Assembly (NCBI GenBank): GCA_035531595.1
Contig: DATKSN010000114.1
Span: forward strand, 11,186-75,185
Direction of reading: 5' to 3'
DNA from: Pirellulales bacterium
GTDB taxonomy: Bacteria; Planctomycetota; Planctomycetia; Pirellulales; JAICIG01
Length of the DNA stretch: 64,000 nucleotides
In this document: positions 1 to 10,021 of the stretch, one piece after another
How positions within the stretch are numbered: position 1 is the stretch's first letter
Layout: each line of letters starts with the position of its first letter
The notes under the pieces: model-generated
Database searches by the model: none
The model's input: only the letters and a program-made list of their open reading frames with translations
What the model was told of the DNA's origin: nothing
Position numbers and translations under genes: made by a program

Positions 1-1
1 G

Positions 2-256
2 ATTGTGATCGAAGGCCACACCGACGACTCGATGAAGGACAAAGTCCCCGCCGACCTGGTCAAGGAACTGTCGTTGAACCGCGCCAACGCCGTCAAGGAG
101 GCGCTGGTCCGCAAGTACAAGAACCTCGACCCCAACCAATTCGGCGTTCTGGGCGCCGGTTGGGACCGTCCGGCCGACCCGAACGACAAGGAAAACCACG
201 CCAAGAATCGCCGGGTCGAGATCAAGGTCTATTCGGCCGAGAAGGCGGGGGGATGA
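2..256 (+). CDS. OmpA/MotB-like peptidoglycan-binding domain protein, C-terminal fragment (5' end lies outside the window)
   Basis: Frame is open from the window edge. Translation IEGHTDD...LSLNRANAVKEALV...NRRVEIKVY carries the OmpA_C-like motifs (HTD, LSxxRA, NRRVE). Confidence 0.8.
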   Translation: MVIEGHTDDSMKDKVPADLVKELSLNRANAVKEALVRKYKNLDPNQFGVLGAGWDRPADPNDKENHAKNRRVEIKVYSAEKAGG

Positions 257-259
257 CCC

Positions 260-1204
260 GTGGCGAGCCTGCGGAAGCCGATTCCCCTTTGGCAGGCGTT
301 GCTCTGCGCCCTGTCCTGCATGGCCGTCTGCGGCGGCTTATGGTGGTTTGTCACCTGGGGCGAAGTCGAGCCTGAGCCGGGCTCGGGCGCGCATGAGCGT
401 CTTTACGGGCCGCTGGTGCTGCCCAGCCCCGCCGAAACCTACGCCAAGATTCCGAGCCTCTGGAGCAAGGACCACCTGGCGGAGAACACCTACAAGAGCC
501 TGCGCCGCGTCGTGCTGGGGTTCGGTTTGGCGGCGCTGGTGGGCGTGCCCGTCGGCGTGTTTTGCGGCTGCTTTTCACGGATCAACGCTTTCTTCTTGCC
601 GCTGACGGTCTTCGGCCGCAATGTGCCGATGGCGGCCCTGATCCCGCTGACCTTCGTGTTTTTCCACGGCACCACCGAAAAGCAGAAATACATGTTCATC
701 TTTCTGGCCTGCGTCGCGTTCATCGTGTCGGACACGGCCGGCGCCATCCGCGACATCGGCACGCAGTACATCGACACCGCCTTCACGCTCGGCGCGAACC
801 ACCGCCAGGTGGTGATGAAAGTCCTGTTTCCGCTGGCGTTGCCGAACATCTTCAATTCGCTGCGGCTGTTGTTTGGGTTGGCGTTCGGTTACATCATGCT
901 CGCCGAGCAGCATGCCAGCGGCGATGAGGTGGGCGGGCTGGGCTATATCCTCAATCTGGCCGAGGGCAGGGGCTCGAACCGCCCGTACATCATTCTGGTG
1001 ATCCTTCTCATCCCGATCGTGGCCTTGGCCATCGACTGGGTGTTGTTTCAGATCCAGCGTCAATTGTTTCCCTATCGCTACGGCGGGCGTGGCTACCTGT
1101 TGCGCTGCGCGCGGGCGGCCCTGCGCGGTTGGGAAGACCTGAAGCGGTTGTTCTTCACCACCGCTTCCGCCGACGCGTTCGCCGCCCCGCAAACCAAGCA
1201 ATGA
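260..1204 (+). CDS. ABC transporter permease, NitT/TauT (nitrate/sulfonate/bicarbonate) type
   Basis: 314-aa polytopic protein with a BPD_transp_1-like core (TAFTLGANHRQVVMKVLFPLALPNIFNSLRL). GTG start lies 3 nt after the upstream stop. Its stop overlaps the next ATG (ATGA). Confidence 0.85.
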   Translation: MASLRKPIPLWQALLCALSCMAVCGGLWWFVTWGEVEPEPGSGAHERLYGPLVLPSPAETYAKIPSLWSKDHLAENTYKSLRRVVLGFGLAALVGVPVGVFCGCFSRINAFFLPLTVFGRNVPMAALIPLTFVFFHGTTEKQKYMFIFLACVAFIVSDTAGAIRDIGTQYIDTAFTLGANHRQVVMKVLFPLALPNIFNSLRLLFGLAFGYIMLAEQHASGDEVGGLGYILNLAEGRGSNRPYIILVILLIPIVALAIDWVLFQIQRQLFPYRYGGRGYLLRCARAALRGWEDLKRLFFTTASADAFAAPQTKQ

Positions 1205-2196
1205 GCCTGACCACCAGCCAGCCGACCGGCGACAAACAACTGGGGACGGGGCCTGATGCGCCGTCGGGCCCGTCCGCGGCCCCAACCGGCCTCGCCCCGG
1301 CGCCGGCCGACGTGGGGGCCACGCCCGTCGGCATGGGCCAGGTCTTGCACAAGGTGCGCACGCCCGGCGAAATCGAGCGCCCCGCGGTCGTCGAGTTCAA
1401 ACACGTCGGCAAAACCTACAACGCCGGCGGCGCCAACGCCTACACGGCGATCAAGGACGTCACTTTCGTCGTCGAGGATCTCAAGGACAAGGGCGAATTC
1501 GTCTGCGTGTTGGGGCCCAGCGGTTGCGGCAAGAGCACGATCCTGCGGCTGATTGCCGGCCTCGAGCCGCAGCACCCGGCCACCCGCGGCGAAGTGCTGG
1601 TGTTGGGCAACCCGGTCGAACGGCCCGGTCCCGACCGCGGCATGGTGTTTCAGGACTACACCAGCTTCGACCACCGCACCGTGCTCGACAACGTCACCTT
1701 CGGCCTGGAGTGCCTGGGCGTGCCTCGCCACGAGCGCTACGAGTTGGGCCGGCAGTGGATCGAGCATGTGGGGCTGAACGTCGCCAAGGACCAGTCCAAG
1801 TACCCGCACGAGTTGTCGGGCGGGATGCGGCAGCGGGTGGCGATCGCGCGAACATTGGCCCTGCGCCCGCGGATCATCCTCATGGACGAACCTTTCGGCG
1901 CGCTCGACCCGAACACGCGCATGAACATGCAGGATCTACTGGTCGGGCTGTGGCGCGAGGTCGAGGCCACGGTGTTCTTCGTGACCCATTCGATCGAGGA
2001 GGCCGTGTTCCTGGGCGACCGGGTCTACGTGTTGAGCAACGCGCCGGGCACGATGCTCAAGGAATTGAAGGTCGAGCCGGCCGACCGACCCAGCCACGAG
2101 ATGCAGAAGGAGCCGCGCTTCCAGGAGACCGTTTGTTACATCCGCGACCTGATCGGCCAATTGGAAGAAAGCCAGCGCGCGGACGCCGGGCCGTAG
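1201..2196 (+). CDS. ABC transporter ATP-binding protein, NitT/TauT type
   Basis: Walker A GPSGCGKST, signature LSGGMRQRV, Walker B ILMDEPFGALD. ATG at 1201 overlaps the permease stop, so I prefer it to the ORF-track start at 1129. Confidence 0.9.
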   Translation: MSLTTSQPTGDKQLGTGPDAPSGPSAAPTGLAPAPADVGATPVGMGQVLHKVRTPGEIERPAVVEFKHVGKTYNAGGANAYTAIKDVTFVVEDLKDKGEFVCVLGPSGCGKSTILRLIAGLEPQHPATRGEVLVLGNPVERPGPDRGMVFQDYTSFDHRTVLDNVTFGLECLGVPRHERYELGRQWIEHVGLNVAKDQSKYPHELSGGMRQRVAIARTLALRPRIILMDEPFGALDPNTRMNMQDLLVGLWREVEATVFFVTHSIEEAVFLGDRVYVLSNAPGTMLKELKVEPADRPSHEMQKEPRFQETVCYIRDLIGQLEESQRADAGP

Positions 2197-2310
2197 AAAA
2201 AAGGCAACCGACAGGTTGATCGCTTTGCTGCCGATCCCGGAGCGGAATCGGAGAATGGCCCGGCGGCAAGACGGAACTGCGGGCCGACGGCGATGGTCCG
2301 ATTCGCATGC

Positions 2311-3072
2311 TCACGACGCGCGCGGCGGCCGGCCTTCGATGACGTCGCGCCAGAAGGCCGGAACGCCACGGTAGGCCTCCTGGTAGGTCGCTTCCAACGG
2401 CACATCGATATAGCGATCGGGCGTGAGGAACAGCGGCATCTCTGGTAAATCGGCCCCCACGGCGATGTGCTCGAGGTAGACGTCGACGAGCGTCCCCGCG
2501 GCGTAGCCCGCCAACGTCAACGGTTCGTCGGCCGGAAGATCATAAGGCTCGTCCGATTGTTGCAGCCTCTGAAGGATGATGCCGTGCATCCCCTGTGGGT
2601 CGTACGGGCCGGGTGGGAACAGGTCCACCAGCAGCAGATGCACACCCACTTCCAAGGCGGACACCGCTTTCTCGGCGAACTGCTCGACATGTCCGCGGCG
2701 ATCCTTGTTCGCCGGCGAGATGATTTCCACGAGAGCAACGAGGCGGTGCCCACTAACATGGCGAATCGCCACGGAGCGCCGTCGGCTCAGCGCCGCCGGT
2801 TCGACCGTCTGTTTGCGCCGCGCTCTGGGCGGCGCCTCGGCCACGGCGGTGCCACCGGAGGCGGGTGGCAATGGCAGCGGCTCCAGCGGCGCGGGGCCCG
2901 CGTGCAGCGTCAATACATCCGCAATGGAGCGTCCGACGTGCTGCTCGGCGAGGGCGTAGTATCCCGGCGGCAGCAAACCACCGTTGAGGGCCTTGCGGAT
3001 TTCCGGAATCCAAGCGACATGAAAATCATGGAAGATGCCCGCTTCAACGCCTGTCCAATCATGCACGGGCAT
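2311..3072 (-). CDS. DUF4058 family protein (Uma2-like PD-(D/E)xK fold suspected)
   Basis: N-terminus MPVHDW...IFHDFHVAWI and core VALVEIISPANK...GVHLLLVDL are typical of DUF4058. A paralog lies at 17885-18634. Confidence 0.75.
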   Translation of the reverse strand: MPVHDWTGVEAGIFHDFHVAWIPEIRKALNGGLLPPGYYALAEQHVGRSIADVLTLHAGPAPLEPLPLPPASGGTAVAEAPPRARRKQTVEPAALSRRRSVAIRHVSGHRLVALVEIISPANKDRRGHVEQFAEKAVSALEVGVHLLLVDLFPPGPYDPQGMHGIILQRLQQSDEPYDLPADEPLTLAGYAAGTLVDVYLEHIAVGADLPEMPLFLTPDRYIDVPLEATYQEAYRGVPAFWRDVIEGRPPRAS

Positions 3073-3240
3073 GGCAGCTTCTCCTGAATACGTCCAAAAA
3101 TGGATTGTACTCGAAACACTGACCGGGGGGAAACGGGACCGCAGTTTGGTAGTGATGTTGTTTGGAGTGTGTTTTGACTCAAACGCGACTGGAATTCCGG
3201 GGCGGTTGGGTTAGCATAACCCTTAACCCTGGAGGTTTCC

Positions 3241-4893
<1,653 letters not shown>

Positions 4894-4906
4894 CCACGGC
4901 GGCCGC

Positions 4907-6685
4907 TCAGCCATTGCGTCCATTCTTCAGCACGGGCCGCGGGTTTTTCCGGCAGCGCATTTGGCAGCGCTCTTCGAGCAGCGTCTTCAGCACGATCACG
5001 GTAATATTGTGCTGCAGTTTGTTAGGCGGCGGCGGAATCAGCCGCGCATGGGTCGTGTCGCCATGGACCGTGACGTGCATGCGAAACTCGTTATTTGACG
5101 CGTCCCACACTGAGGCGCCGTCCTTGACGTCCAAATCCCAGCAAACCAGCGCACTGAGGTGGTCGAACGTGTGGTTGAGGTGCGAACCGAGCAGGAACTT
5201 GAGCTCCACATAGGCGACTCGCTTGGCATCGAGCAGGTCGTCCGGTGTATTCCCTTTTCTGACGAGCAAGTCGATTCCGGAGTGGTCGTCGTAATCGAGG
5301 ATCTCCAGGCCCAGGAGCGTTGGATCCAGTATTTGGAGCTCGGAAATCAGCCCAAACAGGGTGATTTCGCGGGTGGGCTCGAAGAACGTGTGCGTCGTTC
5401 CGTTCGGCAGCGTCACCCGGCACTCTTGGCGTCCGTTGTACCGGGTGACGCGTCGTTGCAGGGCGCGCTTGTCCTTTTCACGCAGTCGGCTGAACAAGTC
5501 CTCTTGGTACTCGTTAAGGAACTTCGTCAAATCTCTGTCAGCCGAGATTTCGTCGATGAAGGCAATCAGCCCCTGTCGTACCGCGGCAAGAAGGCTTGCG
5601 GACGAATTCCCCACGGAGCCGCGGTTCGCGGTGAGCGAGAAATCCTGGCAGTTCAGTAAGATCAAAGGACGTCCTAGATCCGCTGGGATTACGTCGTGCT
5701 CTTCAATGTTGAGCCAGTCGAAACGCGCCTCGACGGGGATGTAATCGCGGCAGAGCCAAAGACCGTAACGCTCCTCTTCGAAATAATGCCCTGCACGCCC
5801 CTGCCGCTTGATGTCGGCATCCCGGTCGAGCCGTCCGCGTCGTCCTTCGAAGAGGGCAGCGACATCGATCTTGTATCCACCTTCGATCGTGCGTTGCGCG
5901 GCGGCGAAGGTCTTGCGAAAGTAGTTGAAAGGGCGCCGCTCGTCTTTTTGCTGCAGTACTTTCAGGGCGGTAACGTCCGCGTCCGGCCAGCGGTGACCGA
6001 AATCGATCAGCCGCGGCGAGGACTCACCAATGCCTTGCAACCAGAGCTGCAAGGGAGGGTCCGGCTTGGTTTTGTATACCACATGCTGGAACGAGCCGAA
6101 GACCGTGAACCACCGTAAATAACTCTCGACGGGGTCACGATAGAACGCGTCGATGAGGTTGACGCTGTTGGGCGTGAAATCGCGCAAGCGGATTGTCGTT
6201 CCCGTCGGGCCGATGAGCTGTAAGCCCGCGCGCAATCCTTCCGCGGGGCTCAATTCCTCAGGCGCTGGAAGGCGCTTCTGGTACACGCAGTCACGTGCGT
6301 CCGTGAGCCGAACGAAGGTCGATTCGACGCCGTCTTGGCAAGTCAGGACGGCAATTTCACTGGCTTGATAATAGATCTTGGTGCCGTGACCCTTGTAGCC
6401 TATGGCGGAGCGTCCCGCGACTGCCGGCTTTTCCGAGTAGCCGAGCCCGAAGAAATGGGCGAGCATCTCACGGCTCATCCCCTGGCCGTCATCCGAAATG
6501 GTGATCGTCAAGACCCGCCTGCCATCCGTCAGCGTTTCGGGCTCGGCGACGATCCGGACGTTCTTGGCCCCGGCGTCGTAGGAATTGTGAAGCGACTCTC
6601 GCAAGACCTCGATGGGCTTGGCGAAGTCGCTCGAAATCTCCGCTAACTCCCTCTTGACGTCGGCGGAGACGAGTATGGTTGCCAT
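4907..6685 (-). CDS. GHKL-superfamily ATPase (HATPase_c_3 / MORC-Hsp90-like) with a C-terminal PD-(D/E)xK-like region
   Basis: N-terminal Bergerat-fold motifs ESLHNSYDAGA (N box), ISDDGQGMS (G1) and GYKGHGTKIY (G2-like). The C-terminal GIDLLV...AYVELKF resembles a D...ExK nuclease motif. I chose the start at MATILVS (6685) rather than the ORF-track 6775. Confidence 0.7.
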   Translation of the reverse strand: MATILVSADVKRELAEISSDFAKPIEVLRESLHNSYDAGAKNVRIVAEPETLTDGRRVLTITISDDGQGMSREMLAHFFGLGYSEKPAVAGRSAIGYKGHGTKIYYQASEIAVLTCQDGVESTFVRLTDARDCVYQKRLPAPEELSPAEGLRAGLQLIGPTGTTIRLRDFTPNSVNLIDAFYRDPVESYLRWFTVFGSFQHVVYKTKPDPPLQLWLQGIGESSPRLIDFGHRWPDADVTALKVLQQKDERRPFNYFRKTFAAAQRTIEGGYKIDVAALFEGRRGRLDRDADIKRQGRAGHYFEEERYGLWLCRDYIPVEARFDWLNIEEHDVIPADLGRPLILLNCQDFSLTANRGSVGNSSASLLAAVRQGLIAFIDEISADRDLTKFLNEYQEDLFSRLREKDKRALQRRVTRYNGRQECRVTLPNGTTHTFFEPTREITLFGLISELQILDPTLLGLEILDYDDHSGIDLLVRKGNTPDDLLDAKRVAYVELKFLLGSHLNHTFDHLSALVCWDLDVKDGASVWDASNNEFRMHVTVHGDTTHARLIPPPPNKLQHNITVIVLKTLLEERCQMRCRKNPRPVLKNGRNG

Positions 6686-6771
6686 ATCGCGCACGGCGGA
6701 TGGTTGGGGAACAAATGCGGCCCACATTGTACCCGATGGCTTGCATTCCGGGAATGCAAGCCCCTCACCCC

Positions 6772-7521
6772 TCATCCCTCATCCCTCACCTCCCCACCGC
6801 CGGCGGACGTCACCTCCAGGAAAAGCTGCTCGAGCGACGTGTGTTGCTTTTCCAGGTTGCGGCGCAACTCGGCCAGCGTGCCGACGCAAAGCAGCTTGCC
6901 GCGGTCGACGATCCCGATCCGGTCGGCGATTTCCTCGGCCACGTCGAGCTGGTGGGTCGACATGAACACGGCCGTCCCTCGCGTCGCCTTCTCGCGCAGC
7001 AGGTTTTTCACCAACCGGCTGCTGCGCGGATCGAGTCCGACCATGGGCTCATCGATCACGAGCACCTTGGGATCGTGGAGCATGGCCGCGGCGAACACCA
7101 GCCGCTGCTTCATGCCGTGCGAATAGGTCTCGGTCAGTTCGTCGATGAACTCTCCCAGCGCGAAGTGGCCCAGTTCGCGTTCCACTCGCTCGATGGCCGC
7201 CTCGGCGCCGAGCCCGTGCATGCCCGCGATGAAGTGCAGGAACTCGCGTCCCGTCAGTTTGTCGTACAAGAACGGCACGTCGGGCACGAAGCCCAACAGC
7301 GCGCAGGCCTTGCGGCTGTCGGTCACCAGGTCGTGCCCTCCCAGTCGCACATGGCCGGAGCTGGGCCGCAGGAGTCCCACCAGCATTTTGATCGACGTTG
7401 TCTTGCCCGCCCCGTTGGGTCCGAGAAAGGCGAACAGCTCTCCGGCCGGCACGGTCAGATTCAGCCCGCTCACCGCCACTTTGCGGCCATAGGTGCGTGT
7501 GACGTTCTCGAACTCGATCAT
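6772..7521 (-). CDS. ABC transporter ATP-binding protein (ABC-2/DrrA-like)
   Basis: MIEFENVTRTYG..., Walker A GPNGAGKTT, signature YSHGMKQRL, Walker B LVIDEPMVGLD. Start set at the MIEFENV ATG (7521). Confidence 0.9.
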   Translation of the reverse strand: MIEFENVTRTYGRKVAVSGLNLTVPAGELFAFLGPNGAGKTTSIKMLVGLLRPSSGHVRLGGHDLVTDSRKACALLGFVPDVPFLYDKLTGREFLHFIAGMHGLGAEAAIERVERELGHFALGEFIDELTETYSHGMKQRLVFAAAMLHDPKVLVIDEPMVGLDPRSSRLVKNLLREKATRGTAVFMSTHQLDVAEEIADRIGIVDRGKLLCVGTLAELRRNLEKQHTSLEQLFLEVTSAGGGEVRDEG

Positions 7522-7550
7522 CGCTTGACGCGGCCTCGTCCCTTTAAGGT

Positions 7551-7645
7551 TCTGTGGGGAACGCCTTCCGTGGCGTTCCGTGAAGCGGGCGCGACGTCGT
7601 CTGGTGGGACCACGGAACGCCACGGAGGGCGTTCCCTACAGAGTC
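7551..7645. repeat. Inverted doublet of the palindromic element GGAACGCC-N6-GGCGTTCC (flanked by CTGTrGGG / CCCTACAG)
   Basis: ctgtggggaacgccttccgtggcgttccgtg (7551-7581) and cacggaacgccacggagggcgttccctacag (7611-7640) are near reverse complements. A third copy lies at 25508-25537. Confidence 0.7.
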
Positions 7646-7653
7646 CGGATCGT

Positions 7654-8664
7654 TTACCTTTCGACGGCCCGCGACAGCGCATCGTCCGACGAAAGCCGTT
7701 CGAACGTGAGCCGCGCCTCCAACAGCATCAACTCCTGCTTCAACACCGTACCGTCCAGCCCCACCCAGGCCTTGGCGCGCGCCGTCTGGTTGTTGGTCAA
7801 TTCCGCGCCGGGGTCGCCGCGAAACACCACCAAAAGCGCCGGCACGACCTGCCGGCGCCAGACGATCGGCTCGCGCCGCTCAACCGTCGCATGCAGGATC
7901 TCCAGCGGGCTGGTGGGCGGACGCAAAGGGCTATAGACCGGCACGGTCCACGACTGCCCGACACGCAGCTTGGGCAACCGTCCCGGCGGCGAAAGCGCGT
8001 CGGTCATCAGCGCGTCCGCCGCCAGGTAGCTGCTGGTGTTGTAGACGAATTCGCCCGAGCGGACCTTGAGCTTGAGCTGGTTCCCCTCGACGGTGCCCTG
8101 CATCACCACCTGGAACCGAGGGCCCCCTGTCTGGTAAGAGCCCGCTGTCTGGTGAGGGCCCGTTGCCTGGTGAGGGCTCGTTGGCTGGTGAGGGCCCGTT
8201 GGCTGGTCAACATCGTCCGGCGCGTCGCGATGCTCGCCGAACGTGGTGGTCGAGTTGAAGCCGATCGGCCGCCCCAGCGGGTCGATTTCCAGGCTGCCGT
8301 CGGCCGCCACCGCCAGGTTCAGGGCCGACAGTTCGCGTTCGTTCGCCAGCACGCGCAGCAGCGGCTTGAACCAATTGGGCATGATTTCGCCGACGGGCAG
8401 CCGTGTCAGTCGGACCTTGCTGCGGAACTGGGTCACGCCGTTGTCCCGCACAATGGCCCGGCTGACGGCCCATCCCAGCGGCTGGTCGTTCAGAGAGATC
8501 ATCCAGCCCGCCGGCTCTTCGTTCGCCTGGCGGTCCTTCAGGATCGTCCGATAGGTCGGCGGATCGCCGACGACCCAGGGGGGCAGAATCTTCACCTGGA
8601 TCAGCCAACCCATGCTGGCCATCCAGAACACCACCACCACGATGCTGAACCAGCGGCTGTACAT
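7654..8664 (-). CDS. Hypothetical N-terminally membrane-anchored protein with an internal hexapeptide repeat
   Basis: 336-aa ORF with a hydrophobic N-terminus (FSIVVVVFWMASMGWLI). Contains the repeat block PTGPHQPTSPHQATGPHQ. I recognise no family. Confidence 0.6.
   Translation of the reverse strand: MYSRWFSIVVVVFWMASMGWLIQVKILPPWVVGDPPTYRTILKDRQANEEPAGWMISLNDQPLGWAVSRAIVRDNGVTQFRSKVRLTRLPVGEIMPNWFKPLLRVLANERELSALNLAVAADGSLEIDPLGRPIGFNSTTTFGEHRDAPDDVDQPTGPHQPTSPHQATGPHQTAGSYQTGGPRFQVVMQGTVEGNQLKLKVRSGEFVYNTSSYLAADALMTDALSPPGRLPKLRVGQSWTVPVYSPLRPPTSPLEILHATVERREPIVWRRQVVPALLVVFRGDPGAELTNNQTARAKAWVGLDGTVLKQELMLLEARLTFERLSSDDALSRAVER
8127..8206. repeat. 18-bp in-frame tandem repeat (about 4.5 units) inside CDS 7654-8664
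   Basis: ctgtctggtaagagcccg / ctgtctggtgagggcccg / ttgcctggtgagggctcg / ttggctggtgagggcccg / ttggctggt... Confidence 0.8.
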
Positions 8665-8673
8665 GGGGTTATT

Positions 8674-9192
8674 CTAGTTGTGTTGGTGGGCGGTGCCCAC
8701 CCCACTGGCCACGCGGCCAAGCTGCCGCCGAAGCGACGTGTGCGGAAGCACCCGCGGACGCATGGAGACTGTCCGTCCCGAAGGCCAAACCACCGCGGCG
8801 GAGTTCCGTTGCGACGAGGTGGTACACGATGCTGTCGCGAGCGGTTTGCCGTCCGCCTTCACGATCTCACCCGCCGGTGGGGAGTTGTCCAACTCGTACA
8901 CTTCCCACACGAGTTCCAAGGCGTGAACAATCTGTCCGATGGAGCGGGTATTCTGACGACAATAGGCAAGCCCGGCATGCTCGACACCCGCGGCGGCCAA
9001 GGCCAGGAAGTCGTCGTCCTCGGTGAAGATGAGACGACCTTGGGCAAGACCGTAAGCCAACTGTTCGCCGTCGGCCGCGCCGAGAAGACCGGCGTCGGTC
9101 GAGGTGGTCACGTCGATGCCGAGCCGCCGCATTGCTCCGGCAATCGCGTGAGGGGCGTGCTCATCGAGATGAAAACGGATCGTCCGTGGCAT
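8674..9192 (-). CDS. DUF5615 family PIN-like domain protein (putative toxin partner of DUF433)
   Basis: MPRTIRFHLDEHAPHAIAGAMRRLGIDV...LIFTEDDDF matches the DUF5615 pattern. It overlaps the upstream DUF433 gene by 32 nt. The last ~55 aa are low-complexity and the ORF reads through a palindromic repeat, so the real C-terminus is uncertain. Confidence 0.7.
   Translation of the reverse strand: MPRTIRFHLDEHAPHAIAGAMRRLGIDVTTSTDAGLLGAADGEQLAYGLAQGRLIFTEDDDFLALAAAGVEHAGLAYCRQNTRSIGQIVHALELVWEVYELDNSPPAGEIVKADGKPLATASCTTSSQRNSAAVVWPSGRTVSMRPRVLPHTSLRRQLGRVASGVGTAHQHN
8685..8701. repeat. Palindromic element GGTGGGCGGTGCCCACC
   Basis: 17-nt element. The reverse-complement form GGTGGGCACCGCCCACC lies at 25342-25358, and a degenerate copy lies near 16806-16822. 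Confidence 0.5.
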
Positions 9193-9550
9193 CCTGGTCG
9201 GCCATCGTTTTCTGAATCCTGGATGGTCCCGCCTTGGCCTTCAACTCTGCGACGAGATTGTCCTCGTTCTCAATGTCCTTGTGAATTTCGTCCTGGTGGC
9301 ACCAATAGTAAGCGAGTGCGGCATGGACCTGGGCCCTGGTCAGGTGCGGATACTTGGCGACAACCTGAAGGGGTGACATCCCCATCTGTTCAACCCAAGT
9401 GTAGACGTGCTTGACCTTGATGCGCGTGCCGGCGATGCGCGCCTGCCCGCCGCAAACGCCCGGGGTCTTAACGATCAAATCGGCTAGGCTCGGCATTCCT
9501 GAGGCGGTCGATGGAGGTGTCGTCGTTGTCGGCGTCGTCATGTATTTCAT
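9161..9550 (-). CDS. DUF433 domain-containing protein (putative antitoxin-like partner)
   Basis: KTPGVCGGQARIAGTRIKVKHVYTWVEQMGMSPLQVVAKYPHLTRAQVHAALAYY is the canonical DUF433 core. It is paired with DUF5615. Confidence 0.8.
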   Translation of the reverse strand: MKYMTTPTTTTPPSTASGMPSLADLIVKTPGVCGGQARIAGTRIKVKHVYTWVEQMGMSPLQVVAKYPHLTRAQVHAALAYYWCHQDEIHKDIENEDNLVAELKAKAGPSRIQKTMADQDATDDPFSSR

Positions 9551-10021
9551 TATACGCGGACCTCCGGAGCCACCGCAAGAAGGTCGCTCCTTTCAAGCGA
9601 GACAAGTTCAACGCGGTCACACCGACCCGCAGCGCAAGCAAGGCAAGTTCAACGCTGGGCCTTGCTTGCGCCGCGAGTTATATCTTCGGCGCGAGTTCAA
9701 GCTCGAACAGAGTTTGACCGCGTCGGTCGCGAACGGGCGAGCGACGTTGTGCCCACTCGCGTGTCGACGCCGCCCCTTCGGGGCGGACAACCGGAAACAA
9801 ACCGCGTCCTGGGGCTGGCGCCCCGGGCTTTACGCCCTCGCCGCTTCGCGGCGGACACGTTGCACCAACGTGACTCCATGAAACGCCGCTGGAGCGCAAG
9901 TCTTCCGCCCCGCAGGGGCGCGGGCGTACAGCCTGGGGCGATAGCCCCAGTACCCTGATTTTGCGCACGCCAGTCCCACCCTGGCATAACGCATAGGGTT
10001 TTCGAGTAGTATAATGGTATC

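Noticed and set aside
3073-3240. Possible cobalamin riboswitch upstream of the mutase gene
   Set aside because: There is no B12-box-like GCCACUG element and no characteristic GGGAA...GGUG arrangement. The region is only ~170 nt and has a plain GGAGG Shine-Dalgarno sequence.
6679-9414. 911-aa plus-strand ORF
   Set aside because: It spans four well-supported minus-strand genes (ABC ATPase, membrane protein, DUF5615, DUF433). Its composition is dominated by R, G, P and H with no motifs. It is a GC-driven artefact.
9551-10021. Hairpin-rich intergenic region considered as a tRNA, rRNA or other housekeeping RNA
   Set aside because: No cloverleaf with a T-loop GTTCGAATC-type motif and no anticodon arm could be traced. 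The hairpins resemble the dispersed GC-rich palindromes seen in other intergenic regions of this window.
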